DNA of 64,000 nucleotides, taken from Cyanobacteria bacterium P01_D01_bin.156. GTDB taxonomy: Bacteria > Cyanobacteriota > Cyanobacteriia > Phormidesmidales > Phormidesmidaceae. Within the stretch, counting starts at the first letter, position 1, and every line of letters begins with the position of its first letter. Shown here piece after piece: positions 1-9,845 of this stretch. The DNA lies in the NCBI GenBank assembly GCA_039024555.1, contig JBCCQQ010000013.1, positions 41,216 to 105,215 of the forward strand. The letters are read 5' to 3'. Both the position numbers and the translations under genes were made by a program. The notes below the pieces were generated by a model that saw nothing but the letters and a program-made list of their open reading frames with translations, searched no databases and was not told the origin of the DNA.

Positions 1-31
1 GCATTCTTATCGTCACATCCTGACTATCAAT

Positions 32-1186
32 ATGTTTAAAGTAGCGGTTGGCCATAGCATTGACCCTGATTCTAGTATGGCCATTGATGAGGCTTTAGGT
101 CAGTGTCAACAACAGCTGGCTGGTATCGTGCCCCAGGCTGGTTTGCTGCTCAGTGCAGTGGATTTTGACCATGGTTTAATTTTGCGGAAAATTCAAGCCA
201 CATTTCCCGGTATGGCGCTGATTGGCGGTACTACCGTTGGGGAAATGTCCTCCGTCCTGGATTTCCAGGAAGATTCTTTAAGCCTGATGCTGTTTGCATC
301 GGATGAAGTGACGATTCAATCAGGGCTGGGGACTAGGGTTTCTCAAGATGCGATCGCAGCCACTCGACAAGCTATTCCTGACCTCAACGGTAGACCAGCT
401 AAATTATGCTACACCGTGGGAGAAAGTCTTGGTGTAGATGGTGTTGACATTGTTAACGGCCTCCAGGCCGCCCTAGGTGAAGATGTAACCATTTTTGGGG
501 GGCTGACAGGAGATGACTGGAAATTCAAACAGACCTATCAGTTCTTTGGTGACCAAGTCCTGAGTGATGCTGTAACTACCCTGGTTTTTTCCGGTAATCT
601 CATGATTTCCTGCGGTGTTGCCACAGGGCTAAGGCCCATCGGTCGTAAAGGAATTGTTACCAAATCCCAGGGTAATACTGTGCATACTATTGACAATCAA
701 TCCGTAAAGCATTTTTATGCTCAGTATATGGGGGATAGTTCCATTGCAGATGTGGGTGGTGCCTGGGGGGGGTCCGTAGCCGTCTTTGAACCAGGAGAAG
801 AGAATTTTTATGTGCGAGGTCCTAATAGTCAGGATGAAGCTTCCGGTAGTATAGACTACTTTGGCCAGGTTCCAGAACAGGCCCATATTCAACTTACTGA
901 ATCTAATACTGAAAGTTTGTTAAATGCCGCGTCCCAAGCTCTCAAGAGAGCCCAGGCCGACTATCAAGGCACATCTCCCAGCGTTGCCCTCATTGTTTCC
1001 TGTGCTGCTCGCATGAAATCCCTAGGAACGCGTACTCGCGAGGAATATGCGGTTGCCCAATCCGTATTAGGCAAACTCCCCAATATAGGGTTCCATGCCT
1101 ACGGAGAAATTTGCCCCCTAGGTACAACTGGAAAATCGTTTTATCACAATGAAACGTTCACCACCGTACTGCTAGGTACCCATTAG
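32..1186 (+). CDS. FIST domain signal-transduction protein (NosP-like)
   Basis: Motifs [29 protein letters not shown] and [10 protein letters not shown]...YHNETFT typical of FIST N/C domains; 2 nt upstream of a histidine kinase. Confidence 0.9.
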   Translation: MFKVAVGHSIDPDSSMAIDEALGQCQQQLAGIVPQAGLLLSAVDFDHGLILRKIQATFPGMALIGGTTVGEMSSVLDFQEDSLSLMLFASDEVTIQSGLGTRVSQDAIAATRQAIPDLNGRPAKLCYTVGESLGVDGVDIVNGLQAALGEDVTIFGGLTGDDWKFKQTYQFFGDQVLSDAVTTLVFSGNLMISCGVATGLRPIGRKGIVTKSQGNTVHTIDNQSVKHFYAQYMGDSSIADVGGAWGGSVAVFEPGEENFYVRGPNSQDEASGSIDYFGQVPEQAHIQLTESNTESLLNAASQALKRAQADYQGTSPSVALIVSCAARMKSLGTRTREEYAVAQSVLGKLPNIGFHAYGEICPLGTTGKSFYHNETFTTVLLGTH

Positions 1187-1188
1187 TC

Positions 1189-2871
1189 GTGGCAAGTTCC
1201 CATGCAGTCGTTACAGCTACATTAACCATGGAGGATCTGACCCCAGACGAGTTACATCAGCGAATTGCAGACCTGGAACGGAGCAATCGCATTTTAGAAA
1301 AGAAACTAGCCCGATCAGAAGCCACCAGGGGCGAGTTAGAAACCCTAAGTCAGCGACGTGAACTGATGCTAAAACAGCTGCTGCGGGAAGTAGAAACGGC
1401 CAAAGTAGATCTCGAAACTGCTAAGGAAGTTGCTGATAAAGCCAATCAAGCCAAGAGTGAATTTTTGGCCAACATGAGCCACGAGCTACGCACTCCCCTA
1501 AATGGGATTTTAGGCTACGCTCAAATTTTGCAGCGAGATAGCCAAACCACCCATCAACAAAGAAGCGGTCTGGCCATTGTGCAGCAGTGTGCCCAGCATC
1601 TGTTGACCCTGATCAATGATATTTTAGATCTTTCAAAAATTGAGGCCCGTAAATTAGAGCTACATCCTGAACCTTTGGGGGTGGATGATTTTCTCTACGG
1701 CATTAAAGAGATTTGTCGGATTAAAGCCGAACAGAAGGATCTCACGTTTCAATATGAAGCGGTCAATCAGCTACCTACTGCCATCAAAGCAGATGAAAAA
1801 CGTCTGGGACAGGTGCTCATTAACCTGTTGGGGAATGCTATCAAATTTACGGATCGGGGCCATGTTGTTCTTAAAGTGGGGTCTTTAGATCCTGCTACCT
1901 CCCCTAGGTTGAGTTCCCAGGAATCTTCTAACCAAGTTCGACTCCAGTTTCAGGTAGAAGATACGGGTATTGGTATGACTCCGCCCCAGCTGGAGAGTAT
2001 CTTTTTGCCTTTTGAGCAGGTGGGCAGTGCGGAGCGTCAGGCCCAGGGAACTGGCCTAGGGTTAGCCATTAGTCGCCAGATTGTAGAACTAATGGGTGGT
2101 ACCTTACAGGTTAAAAGTACCTACGGTGAAGGCAGTACTTTCTGGTTTGATCTAACCTTGACCGTTGCTGACGACTGGCAAGGTCGCCACAATGAGCCGT
2201 CAGTCTTGGATACGATTGTTGGTTATGGGGGCGATCGCAAACGGATTTTAATTGTCGATGACCGTTGGGAAAATAGATCTGTTTTGCGCAATCTACTCAC
2301 CCCCCTCGGGTTTGATATCCTCGAAGCCGAAGATGGTAAAGCGGGATTGGAACAGGCAACAACCCAGATACCCGATCTGATTATTACCGATCTGGTCATG
2401 CCAGAAATGGGCGGCTTTGAAATGACTCAGCAACTCAAACATTCTGACGCTACTAAGGACGTCCCCATTATTGCCTCCTCTGCCAGCGTGTTTGATTTTG
2501 ACCGTCAGCAAAGCTATGCCGCGGGCTGTAATGAATTTCTCCCGAAACCCATCCAAATCGATGAACTCTTCGGTTATCTGCAGCAGCACTTAAATCTAGT
2601 GTGGCAGCATAGCGCCGCCGTCGCCGTTGAAGACAATAACCCCACTGGGAAAACCATTACCCTACCCCCCATTGCCATACTCAAAACCCTACATGCCACC
2701 GCCGAAGCAGGCTATATCCTAGATGTTCAGACCATGGCAGAGCAGCTATTAACGGAACACGAAGCATTTGCTAGAAAAATTTTAGCCTTTGTGGACGAAT
2801 TAGACGACGAAGCCGTTGTTGACTATATTGCCCCCCATCTAACAGAGTCTGCAGGAGGTGAAGCCCAATGA
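1189..2871 (+). CDS. Hybrid histidine kinase (coiled coil-HisKA-HATPase-REC), no membrane or sensor domain
   Basis: H-box [16 protein letters not shown]-box [13 protein letters not shown]-boxes DTGIGM and GTGLGL, C-terminal receiver ILIVDD...[10 protein letters not shown]...FLPKP. Confidence 0.95.
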   Translation: MASSHAVVTATLTMEDLTPDELHQRIADLERSNRILEKKLARSEATRGELETLSQRRELMLKQLLREVETAKVDLETAKEVADKANQAKSEFLANMSHELRTPLNGILGYAQILQRDSQTTHQQRSGLAIVQQCAQHLLTLINDILDLSKIEARKLELHPEPLGVDDFLYGIKEICRIKAEQKDLTFQYEAVNQLPTAIKADEKRLGQVLINLLGNAIKFTDRGHVVLKVGSLDPATSPRLSSQESSNQVRLQFQVEDTGIGMTPPQLESIFLPFEQVGSAERQAQGTGLGLAISRQIVELMGGTLQVKSTYGEGSTFWFDLTLTVADDWQGRHNEPSVLDTIVGYGGDRKRILIVDDRWENRSVLRNLLTPLGFDILEAEDGKAGLEQATTQIPDLIITDLVMPEMGGFEMTQQLKHSDATKDVPIIASSASVFDFDRQQSYAAGCNEFLPKPIQIDELFGYLQQHLNLVWQHSAAVAVEDNNPTGKTITLPPIAILKTLHATAEAGYILDVQTMAEQLLTEHEAFARKILAFVDELDDEAVVDYIAPHLTESAGGEAQ

Positions 2872-4145
2872 CACCCCCAAAAATAATCGCTAGCTTATCC
2901 AGCACCTCCGAGCAAGGCGGCCTCACTTGCAAGACACAAGATAAGCAGTCGATTTTAATTGTTGACGATAACCCCAACAATGTTAAGGTCCTCTGCGATC
3001 TTCTCAATAAAAACAATTACCGCGTTTCCATTGCTAAAAGTGGAGAGAGTGCCCTTAAAAAAGTGGCACGCTCATCTCCAGACTTGATCTTATTAGACAT
3101 TATGATGCCCGGTATTGATGGCTTTGAAGTGTGTTCTCGGCTCAAAGCAAATCCGGATACTAAAGATATTCCCATTCTTTTTATGACGGCTCTTTCCGAT
3201 ACCCTCAACAGGGTAAAAGGACTCAGCTTAGGCGCTGTTGACTACATTACTAAACCCATTGAACATGAAGAGACCTTAGCCCGTATCCAGGTGCACCTGA
3301 CCCTGCGTCAAACCCAGGCACAGCTGGTACAAGAAGAAAAAATGGCAGCACTAGGTCAGCTGGTGGCCGGTGTCGCCCATGAGATTAATAACCCTCTAAA
3401 CTTTATCTGTGGGAATTTAGAACCTGCTGTAGACTACGCCAAGTCTCTGTTAGAGCTGCTGCGCTTATATGAGGACAATACGACTTCTCCTTCAGCAGAG
3501 ATTGCCAACTATGCTGAAGAGATTGAACTGGACTATATTCGCCAAGATTTTTTGCGGTTGCTCAATTCTATGGTGGTAGGTGCAGAACGCATTGAGAAAA
3601 TTGTGCGTTCACTGCAGCTGATTTCACGAGTGGATGACTCTGTGCGCAAGCCAGCGGAACTACAGGATGGTTTAGATAGCACCCTGATGATTTTGCACAA
3701 TCGCTTAAAAATACAGCCTGGGCGGCCTGCGATTGAAGTGGTTAGAAAGTATGAGCCATTGCCCTTAGTGCAGTGCTATCCTGGCAAAATCAACCAGGTT
3801 TTTATGAATTTGATCGTTAATGCCATCGATGCCATTGATGATAAGTGTTCTACTTTATCTACTGAGGAGCTAGAGACCGTAGAGCCTTCATTATTGATTT
3901 CAACAACTTTGGAAAATGAACAGGCTGTCATTACTATTTCAGATAGTGGAACCGGCATTCCTGCTAATATTCAACAGCGCATTTTTGATCAGTTTTTTAC
4001 GACAAAACCAGCTGGAAAAGGAACAGGATTGGGCCTGGCTATTTCCCACGCCATTGTCACCCAAAAACACCGAGGAGAACTTACGTTTAAGTCTCAGCCA
4101 GGTATCGGTACAGACTTCATTATTAAATTACCGCTACTGGTCTAG
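2868..4145 (+). CDS. REC-HisKA-HATPase response regulator/histidine kinase
   Basis: N-terminal receiver ILIVDD...LILLDIMMP...YITKP; H-box [30 protein letters not shown] overlap with upstream kinase. Confidence 0.95.
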   Translation: MTPPKIIASLSSTSEQGGLTCKTQDKQSILIVDDNPNNVKVLCDLLNKNNYRVSIAKSGESALKKVARSSPDLILLDIMMPGIDGFEVCSRLKANPDTKDIPILFMTALSDTLNRVKGLSLGAVDYITKPIEHEETLARIQVHLTLRQTQAQLVQEEKMAALGQLVAGVAHEINNPLNFICGNLEPAVDYAKSLLELLRLYEDNTTSPSAEIANYAEEIELDYIRQDFLRLLNSMVVGAERIEKIVRSLQLISRVDDSVRKPAELQDGLDSTLMILHNRLKIQPGRPAIEVVRKYEPLPLVQCYPGKINQVFMNLIVNAIDAIDDKCSTLSTEELETVEPSLLISTTLENEQAVITISDSGTGIPANIQQRIFDQFFTTKPAGKGTGLGLAISHAIVTQKHRGELTFKSQPGIGTDFIIKLPLLV

Positions 4146-4165
4146 GCTGATGCCATCTATAATCT

Positions 4166-4234
4166 TGGTAATTTAACGGTATTTTAGGTAGTCGTTAATT
4201 CTTAAATTCGGTAAAAAGGCGATGGATCCGGTAT
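4166..4234 (+). promoter_or_regulatory. Operator-like repeat array A (GGTA-core direct repeats)
   Basis: TGGTAATTTAA-CGGTATTTTA-GGTA at 4166-4190, plus CGGTA at 4209 and 4229; upstream of ORF 4337. Confidence 0.5.
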
Positions 4235-4336
4235 CTGCTGTCGAAAGGTCTTCAAGGGTAGGAAGAGAGCGCTAATCTAGATACGTACCACAGCGAAAGC
4301 TTTGATATCTAAATATTCTTTATTAAGGAGTGAAGG

Positions 4337-4555
4337 ATGTCGTCTAAACCTACTGAAAACAAATTTACTTCCGCAGACAGTACCCGACTCATTGCTTTGT
4401 TAACTCTTTTAGAAGCCAGTGTTGCCATGAAAGTAGACAGCACTATAACTGGCATTCTGTTCGCAATCATTATAGTAGTGAGTACGTGCTATCTAGCAGT
4501 CGATATTTGGGGCCGAATCGTCAGGTCTGTTAGATCTTTCAAACGGTATCGTTAG
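4337..4555 (+). CDS. Small hypothetical membrane protein (72 aa)
   Basis: AAGGAG RBS ~6 nt before ATG; one clear and one weaker hydrophobic segment; basic C-terminus. Confidence 0.6.
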   Translation: MSSKPTENKFTSADSTRLIALLTLLEASVAMKVDSTITGILFAIIIVVSTCYLAVDIWGRIVRSVRSFKRYR

Positions 4556-4593
4556 AGAGATTGTGAGGTGACTATAGAATCCTAAAAATACCC

Positions 4594-5538
4594 TTATTCA
4601 TTGCTAAGTCTCTTTAAAGAGTTGAGGGACTTACGTAGCTCTCTTAAGGATGACCATCTGGCCTGCCCAGTGATAAAACCATCGGGCATTCTGGTATTGA
4701 TAAGATTGGCCCCTTTGAGTTGTTTAAAGGTTAAATTAGTAGCACCTGAGAGATCAGCATTTTCCAGGTTTGCCTCCCAAAGAACTACATTCTGTAGATT
4801 GGTGTCCATAAGCTTAGCTCCCTTTAAGTTAGCGCGCCACATGTAAGTCCTGGTCAAATCTGCATGTTGTAGGTTGGCATTCTCAAGGTTCGCATAGGAC
4901 AGTTTGCTTTTGGCAAGATTGGCATACTGCAGATTAGTTTTTGAGAGATTAGCTTTCCACAAATTTGCTTTACTTAGATCGGCATTCTGCAAATTAGCTG
5001 TACACAAATTTATATTCTGGGCACGAATTTGAGACAGCTTTGCAGATTCTAAGTTAGCACCCTCAAAATTAGAGTCTCTAAGATCGGCGTTATTTATATT
5101 GACACCGACAAGATGTACGTTTGGCAAGACTGCCCGCGTTAAGGAAACGTCTTCGGCTACTAATGTTTCTAACGCCCAGGGACGGGTTTGGCTGTTAGGA
5201 ATATGGGCTGTAGTATCGAGCATCTTGAGCAGTTCTTTCTGTCGATGCAGCTTACGATTGGGGGCTTCTTTGTAGAAGAGTATAACCACCATGATCGTGG
5301 CGATGGATTCGGCTCGGTCAAACAAAATGGCCAAAACTTTACGAGAGAGAAGGTCACTTGGTTGGGTAAGGGTTGGATCGCTGTATAGTGCGATCTCACC
5401 CAGCAAAGTAACTGAAACACCGCAAACAACCCAGCTAGGTGAACGATGTAGATTTGACATCACACATTGCTTTGTACGACCAAACCGCCGTAAGCATCTA
5501 TTGATAAAGCGTCTAAGCTGAAAGACAGGTGATTTCAT
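4594..5538 (-). CDS. Pentapeptide repeat protein with N-terminal hydrophobic segments
   Basis: Long run of A(D/N)Lxx repeats (ANLQN ADLSK ANLWK ANLSK...). Confidence 0.9.
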   Translation of the reverse strand: MKSPVFQLRRFINRCLRRFGRTKQCVMSNLHRSPSWVVCGVSVTLLGEIALYSDPTLTQPSDLLSRKVLAILFDRAESIATIMVVILFYKEAPNRKLHRQKELLKMLDTTAHIPNSQTRPWALETLVAEDVSLTRAVLPNVHLVGVNINNADLRDSNFEGANLESAKLSQIRAQNINLCTANLQNADLSKANLWKANLSKTNLQYANLAKSKLSYANLENANLQHADLTRTYMWRANLKGAKLMDTNLQNVVLWEANLENADLSGATNLTFKQLKGANLINTRMPDGFITGQARWSSLRELRKSLNSLKRLSNE

Positions 5539-5562
5539 CCTATATTCTCAGTACAACAGCAA

Positions 5563-5952
5563 CTAACTATCCGAGGAGGTAGATGTCAGATCGACTTCAT
5601 TAAGAAAGAGATGTAAGGGCTGCTCTTTGTAAACCATCCTATTCAATATGCTCTGGCCGCAAATCTCCTGTAAAAAAAGAGTTTGAGAGAGACTATTTGC
5701 TGACATGATTTGAGCATTCAGTAGCATTTCTAAGACATGTATCTGAGAGCGCAACCTCGACTCATCGTTAGTTTCTTGGTAACTCTTTGCCATCGTATTG
5801 ATAGTGGTCTTGTTACCTGTTGGCAGTATGATCAATAGTCCTTTAGTCGCTATTCCCAAAATTCGACTCAGCAAGACGGTAGCCGTAGCCTGTGCGAAAA
5901 TATGAGGTAGATCGGTAATCAACCAGGGTTCTGATATTACTAAAATTGCCAT
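5563..5952 (-). CDS. Hypothetical protein
   Basis: 129-aa ORF co-oriented between nfeD-like and pentapeptide genes; no recognisable motif; start uncertain. Confidence 0.4.
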   Translation of the reverse strand: MAILVISEPWLITDLPHIFAQATATVLLSRILGIATKGLLIILPTGNKTTINTMAKSYQETNDESRLRSQIHVLEMLLNAQIMSANSLSQTLFLQEICGQSILNRMVYKEQPLHLFLNEVDLTSTSSDS

Positions 5953-6115
5953 AGTGAGATTGTCACAGCTCTTTAAGACTGTGCCTCATTAGTGTTAATA
6001 AAGTAAATAAACCTTGGATATGTCTGAGTTTGTTCTGTGGCGTCGGTAGGCTCTTCTTTTCCTACGACACACCAGTATCATCAAACTTTTGAGCTTCTGA
6101 GGAAATCATTAGTGG

Positions 6116-6364
6116 CTATACAATTGGCTCTACGATTAACGTATTCCCCTGGCGATCTAGAATCCTTACTTTTTGTCCAGACTTCAAGATGCTACTACCT
6201 TCCTGACAAATTGCTGACCAAAGTACACCTCCATAGCAACGGACACGTCCTGCTCTAAAGGATTTGATTTCATCAGTAACAACTGCTATCTCAGAACCTA
6301 AATATCTACTACTAGCAGCTTTAACTGTTGTTGCTTGTTTGTTGTTGTAAAACAATCCGAACAT
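6116..6364 (-). CDS. NfeD-family C-terminal (OB-fold) domain protein, stand-alone
   Basis: GRVRCYGGVLWSA...GQKVRILDRQGNTLIVEP matches the NfeD C-domain pattern; AGAGGGG RBS upstream. Confidence 0.85.
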   Translation of the reverse strand: MFGLFYNNKQATTVKAASSRYLGSEIAVVTDEIKSFRAGRVRCYGGVLWSAICQEGSSILKSGQKVRILDRQGNTLIVEPIV

Positions 6365-6397
6365 AATTCTTACCCCTCTGGTTTCAGAAGCTGAGTG

Positions 6398-6475
6398 TTT
6401 TATATCGGCAGCAATATCAGCGGAAACTTGTTATAGACGACATTAAAAGACAGCTGATCTGGTGTCGATATAAAA
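6398..6475. repeat. Long inverted repeat upstream of nfeD-like gene
   Basis: TTTTATATCGGCA (6398-6410) pairs with TGTCGATATAAAA (6463-6475); inner ATCAGC (6416-6421) pairs with GCTGAT (6453-6458). Confidence 0.6.
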
Positions 6476-6546
6476 ATCGTATCACTGAAAACCCTCTCTG
6501 AGTAAAGAACACAGCGGCTTTATCCGGATAATTGGAGCGAGAAAAT

Positions 6547-6566
6547 CGGTATTAAAGGGTAATTTT
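6547..6566 (+). promoter_or_regulatory. Operator-like repeat pair B
   Basis: CGGTATTAAA-GGGTAATTTT; 17/20 identical to the reverse complement of 11761-11780. Confidence 0.55.
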
Positions 6567-6943
6567 TATAACCTGTTTTCTCGTTGATGTGTGATTTTAT
6601 GGCCGTAGCCAAACAAAATCAGAAATTCAAGTGTGAGAGAAATCTAAAAAACTTTATAAGGTAAAATTTAAGGCGAAGACATAACATGAGGAACTTATCG
6701 GTAAATTTCGGCTTTAAGACTGTTGGTGTTGGCTGATAGTGACAGTGATATTGATGAGAAGGATATTTATTATCAGCATCAAATTATATATTATCTCTGT
6801 CTGTTAGGAGGAACCAACATAAGCCGTGAAATCCAGATGATGAATAAACTTGAAGCTTAGAACTCGGAATATTAGGTAAGAGGTGCATTCCGAATTTCAA
6901 ACTCTAGAGTTCTTGGGAACCCATTCTACGTTGTGTTGATGTC

Positions 6944-7012
6944 CGGTATTTAGCGGTATTTTGATATCGTTTTCTTCGGTAATTTAATGAAAAAAGCCGA
7001 TGTTTCCGGTAT
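6944..7012 (+). promoter_or_regulatory. Operator-like repeat array D upstream of NACHT gene
   Basis: CGGTATTTAG-CGGTATTTTG (6944-6963), CGGTAATTTA (6977) and CGGTATT (7007). Confidence 0.55.
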
Positions 7013-7100
7013 TCAACTGTTCTGAAAAGTGAGCATACCTGTTCAATAAGTTAAACTGGTCGAACGCGTGAGGGATTTTCTTCTTGTGCGTAAAATTTGA

Positions 7101-7303
7101 CTAGAGGTTCAGTCTTACCTGCATGAAGACCTGTTGTTAGCAGCTTACAAGCTACTGGGAGCAGGTTAGTAGTGAAGGGACTGTACCTGACGACTAGGTA
7201 ACCCTCATACTCAGCCTATCGTAGCCATAGTATACCATAATAGTTCGTATGAACTATGAGTGGTTCGTGTGGCTGTATAAGCCGTATACCGAGCAACCGT
7301 TAT
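7101..7303 (+). ncRNA. Putative structured 5' leader / cis-RNA (two long imperfect hairpins)
   Basis: Hand-folded stems 7105-7116/7177-7188 (11/12 paired), 7128-7145/7150-7167 (16/18), 7221-7229/7268-7276 (9/9), 7234-7238/7260-7264 and 7240-7246/7251-7257; many G-U pairs that work only on the + strand. Confidence 0.45.
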
Positions 7304-9776
7304 GGCCGCTAAAGCTTACGAAGTAGATAAGAAGATTTTTCAAGCATTACTGGTAGCATACCAGGAGAAATGTGGTTCTTCGCCTTCTAACTTGATTGAC
7401 AGACTCAACCAAGCTTTTCCAGAGGACTTAGACGTTCTTCGTAAGAAGAGAGGGGGGTCTACATCCCGAGATCTGATTTCTGATAAGACCATCCGTAATT
7501 TTTTTAACTCCGATCAGCCTGGCCGTATGGTCGAAAAAAATCTCAACTTTCTGTGTCGCTATCTGCTGAGCTTCTCTAGCTATCGGGATGCGCTTAATAA
7601 TTATAAATCAGGTAATACTACACCCCGAGGCAATGAGCTCAAACTCCAGCCTTCAAAGTCTTTGGTTACATCCTGGATCGAGCCCTATGTTGCGTACTTT
7701 ATTAAAAAGTATGATCAGGTTCGAATCCCTAATATGACTAGATCTGCTCATATTGACTCTGTTTACACGGAGTCAATGCTATCGGAGGACCTGCGTATTC
7801 GTAGACGTAAGTCTTTTTTAGAACTACAGGCTGAGATGGAGCCAAACTATGTAGAAACTAAATCTCGGACTACTGTTTCTGATGTGTTTTCCGAGCACGA
7901 GCGTCTTATGGTTTGGGGTCCTGCAGGGTCAGGAAAAACCACGTCCCTAAAGTTTTATGCTCTTCGTATTGCTGAGTCTCTTCGTTCAAAGCCTGATGGT
8001 TCATTAGTTCCAATATTTATTGAATGTTCTCGGTTCTCAACGGCTGAAGTTGAGACTGATTTGCTTAAGGTAATTGCTGGCAAGCTTGAACATGGCGATA
8101 TGAGTCCTGAAGAGTCTCAGGACATAGCCAAAGACTTGCTCAAGCATGGCCAGTGTATTGTTCTTCTAGATGGACTAGACGAAGTACCTAAAGATATTAG
8201 ACCCAAGGTATCTAGGCAATTTGACATACTGATTAATAAATATCCTAAAAATCGCTTTATTCTCACCTGCCGCTACGGAGCTACGGAATCTGTACCTGAG
8301 AACTTTACTGAAGTCGAGATGACCGACTTCGATCAGAAACAGATCTATACCTTTGTACATTCGTGGTTCAAGGATAACGATGAGAAAGGGGTTATTCGGA
8401 GATTTCTAGCGTATCTAAAAGAACACTCAAACATTGGGAAATTAGCAAAGAATCCTCTTCTGTTGACAATGCTTTGCTCAATTTATGAACAGGGATACGA
8501 GTTTCCCAAAGGAAAAAGTTCTCTATTTGAAGATGCTACCGATCTCTATTTGCGGAAATGGGATTCTTATCGTCGTATCGATCATAGAGACAAGATTTAC
8601 GATGGTTTGCTATCTAGACCCAAACGACGAGATCTGTTTAGCCGACTCGCTTACGAAGGCATGAATCGTCAAGATATAGCTAAGAGCTTCTGGCGACGTA
8701 CAGATCTGCAGAAGTTTATCAGAGAATACATTGAAAATTTGAAGGATGCAAAAGAAAAGTCGTTAGATGATGACGCCCGTCAGATTTTGGATGCTCTAGA
8801 GTCCCAAGATAGCTTACTAACCCGCTCCGCCCATGAAGTTTATACATTCTCCTATGAGGGCTTTTCAGCCTATTTTACTGCTATGAAGGTTAAAGAAGAA
8901 ATGGGAACTGAGCCTAAACATTGGAATCGCTTTCTAAAAGAACATGCTCTACAGCCTGAATGGAGAGAGTCTTTACTGTTTACAGCTGAGCAGCTTTCAG
9001 AAGCTAATACGTTCTTGAAGTGCTTGTTTAAGCTGATGCAGCAGCAGCTTGATGTCTTATCTGATACAAGTAGACAGCGCTTAATGGAAGCGTTTGAATG
9101 GTTAGAGCAGGCAACCGATGGCGCTAAGGTTAGCTCCAGTGCATGGCGTGCTTGTTTTCTTTCATTCGATTTAGAAACTGACCTGCGTATTTCTCGTAAA
9201 ACAAAAGGGATGGATAATCAAACAGCTCAAAGGGTTGCTACAAAGCTACGAGCTGTGAATAAACAAGCAGGAAGTTTGAAATCTAGAACAGACGCGGCCA
9301 AGCTGAGTCTGGATCTGGCTGTTATCCACACACTGGTAATGGATAGGGCTGAGAACTTGCCTACCAAGATTGAAATGCTTGAGCACTACGACCCAACCTA
9401 TCGAGCTGCACAACAAGATATCTCTGATAGATATAAAGACTCAATTGAGCTTGCAGAAAAGCTAAAGCCTGAGTTAGCAGAAGAACTACATCAGCTCACA
9501 GATTCTATACCAAATCTTGAACAAGCATCCTGTAAAGCTTGTCAAAACTGGGCTGAAGCGCTCCAAGTTCTAATGAAACAGTATCTATATGAAGGGTATG
9601 CCATTGTTCTAGAGCCTCAGGAAGTTGATGCCCTTAACAACTACTTATATCTGTGCGAACTTCTGGTTGATTGTTTACAGGCAGACATTTATTGCTCTAA
9701 ATCTTTACGAGAAGATTTACTTGAGGCTTTGATGCTACCGTCATCCAGTGATAAAATACCTGGAACACTTTTATAA
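7302..9776 (+). CDS. NACHT (STAND) NTPase with N-terminal HTH-like domain and C-terminal NCH2-like helical domain
   Basis: Walker A GPAGSGKTT, Walker B IVLLDGLDEV, sensor FILTCR, NPLLLTML, WHD FSYEGFSAYFTA; C-terminal NNYLYLCELLVDCL...LREDLLEALMLP typical of cyanobacterial NACHT C-terminal helical domain 2; N-terminal ISDKTIRNFF...NLNFLCRYLL resembles XRE-type HTH. Confidence 0.9.
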   Translation: MAAKAYEVDKKIFQALLVAYQEKCGSSPSNLIDRLNQAFPEDLDVLRKKRGGSTSRDLISDKTIRNFFNSDQPGRMVEKNLNFLCRYLLSFSSYRDALNNYKSGNTTPRGNELKLQPSKSLVTSWIEPYVAYFIKKYDQVRIPNMTRSAHIDSVYTESMLSEDLRIRRRKSFLELQAEMEPNYVETKSRTTVSDVFSEHERLMVWGPAGSGKTTSLKFYALRIAESLRSKPDGSLVPIFIECSRFSTAEVETDLLKVIAGKLEHGDMSPEESQDIAKDLLKHGQCIVLLDGLDEVPKDIRPKVSRQFDILINKYPKNRFILTCRYGATESVPENFTEVEMTDFDQKQIYTFVHSWFKDNDEKGVIRRFLAYLKEHSNIGKLAKNPLLLTMLCSIYEQGYEFPKGKSSLFEDATDLYLRKWDSYRRIDHRDKIYDGLLSRPKRRDLFSRLAYEGMNRQDIAKSFWRRTDLQKFIREYIENLKDAKEKSLDDDARQILDALESQDSLLTRSAHEVYTFSYEGFSAYFTAMKVKEEMGTEPKHWNRFLKEHALQPEWRESLLFTAEQLSEANTFLKCLFKLMQQQLDVLSDTSRQRLMEAFEWLEQATDGAKVSSSAWRACFLSFDLETDLRISRKTKGMDNQTAQRVATKLRAVNKQAGSLKSRTDAAKLSLDLAVIHTLVMDRAENLPTKIEMLEHYDPTYRAAQQDISDRYKDSIELAEKLKPELAEELHQLTDSIPNLEQASCKACQNWAEALQVLMKQYLYEGYAIVLEPQEVDALNNYLYLCELLVDCLQADIYCSKSLREDLLEALMLPSSSDKIPGTLL

Positions 9777-9845
9777 GTTTGGTATCGCTTGCGCTTAGCA
9801 CCGATGGCTCTGTTTATCTAATAACAAGTCTATAATCTGCTTAAG

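Noticed and set aside
7187..7193. CTGACGA resembling the hammerhead ribozyme core CUGANGA
   Set aside because: No stem II followed by GAAA, and no suitable stem III/cleavage triplet.
7101..7303. Retron msr/msd interpretation of the long hairpins
   Set aside because: No reverse transcriptase in the window and no clear a1/a2 terminal repeats.
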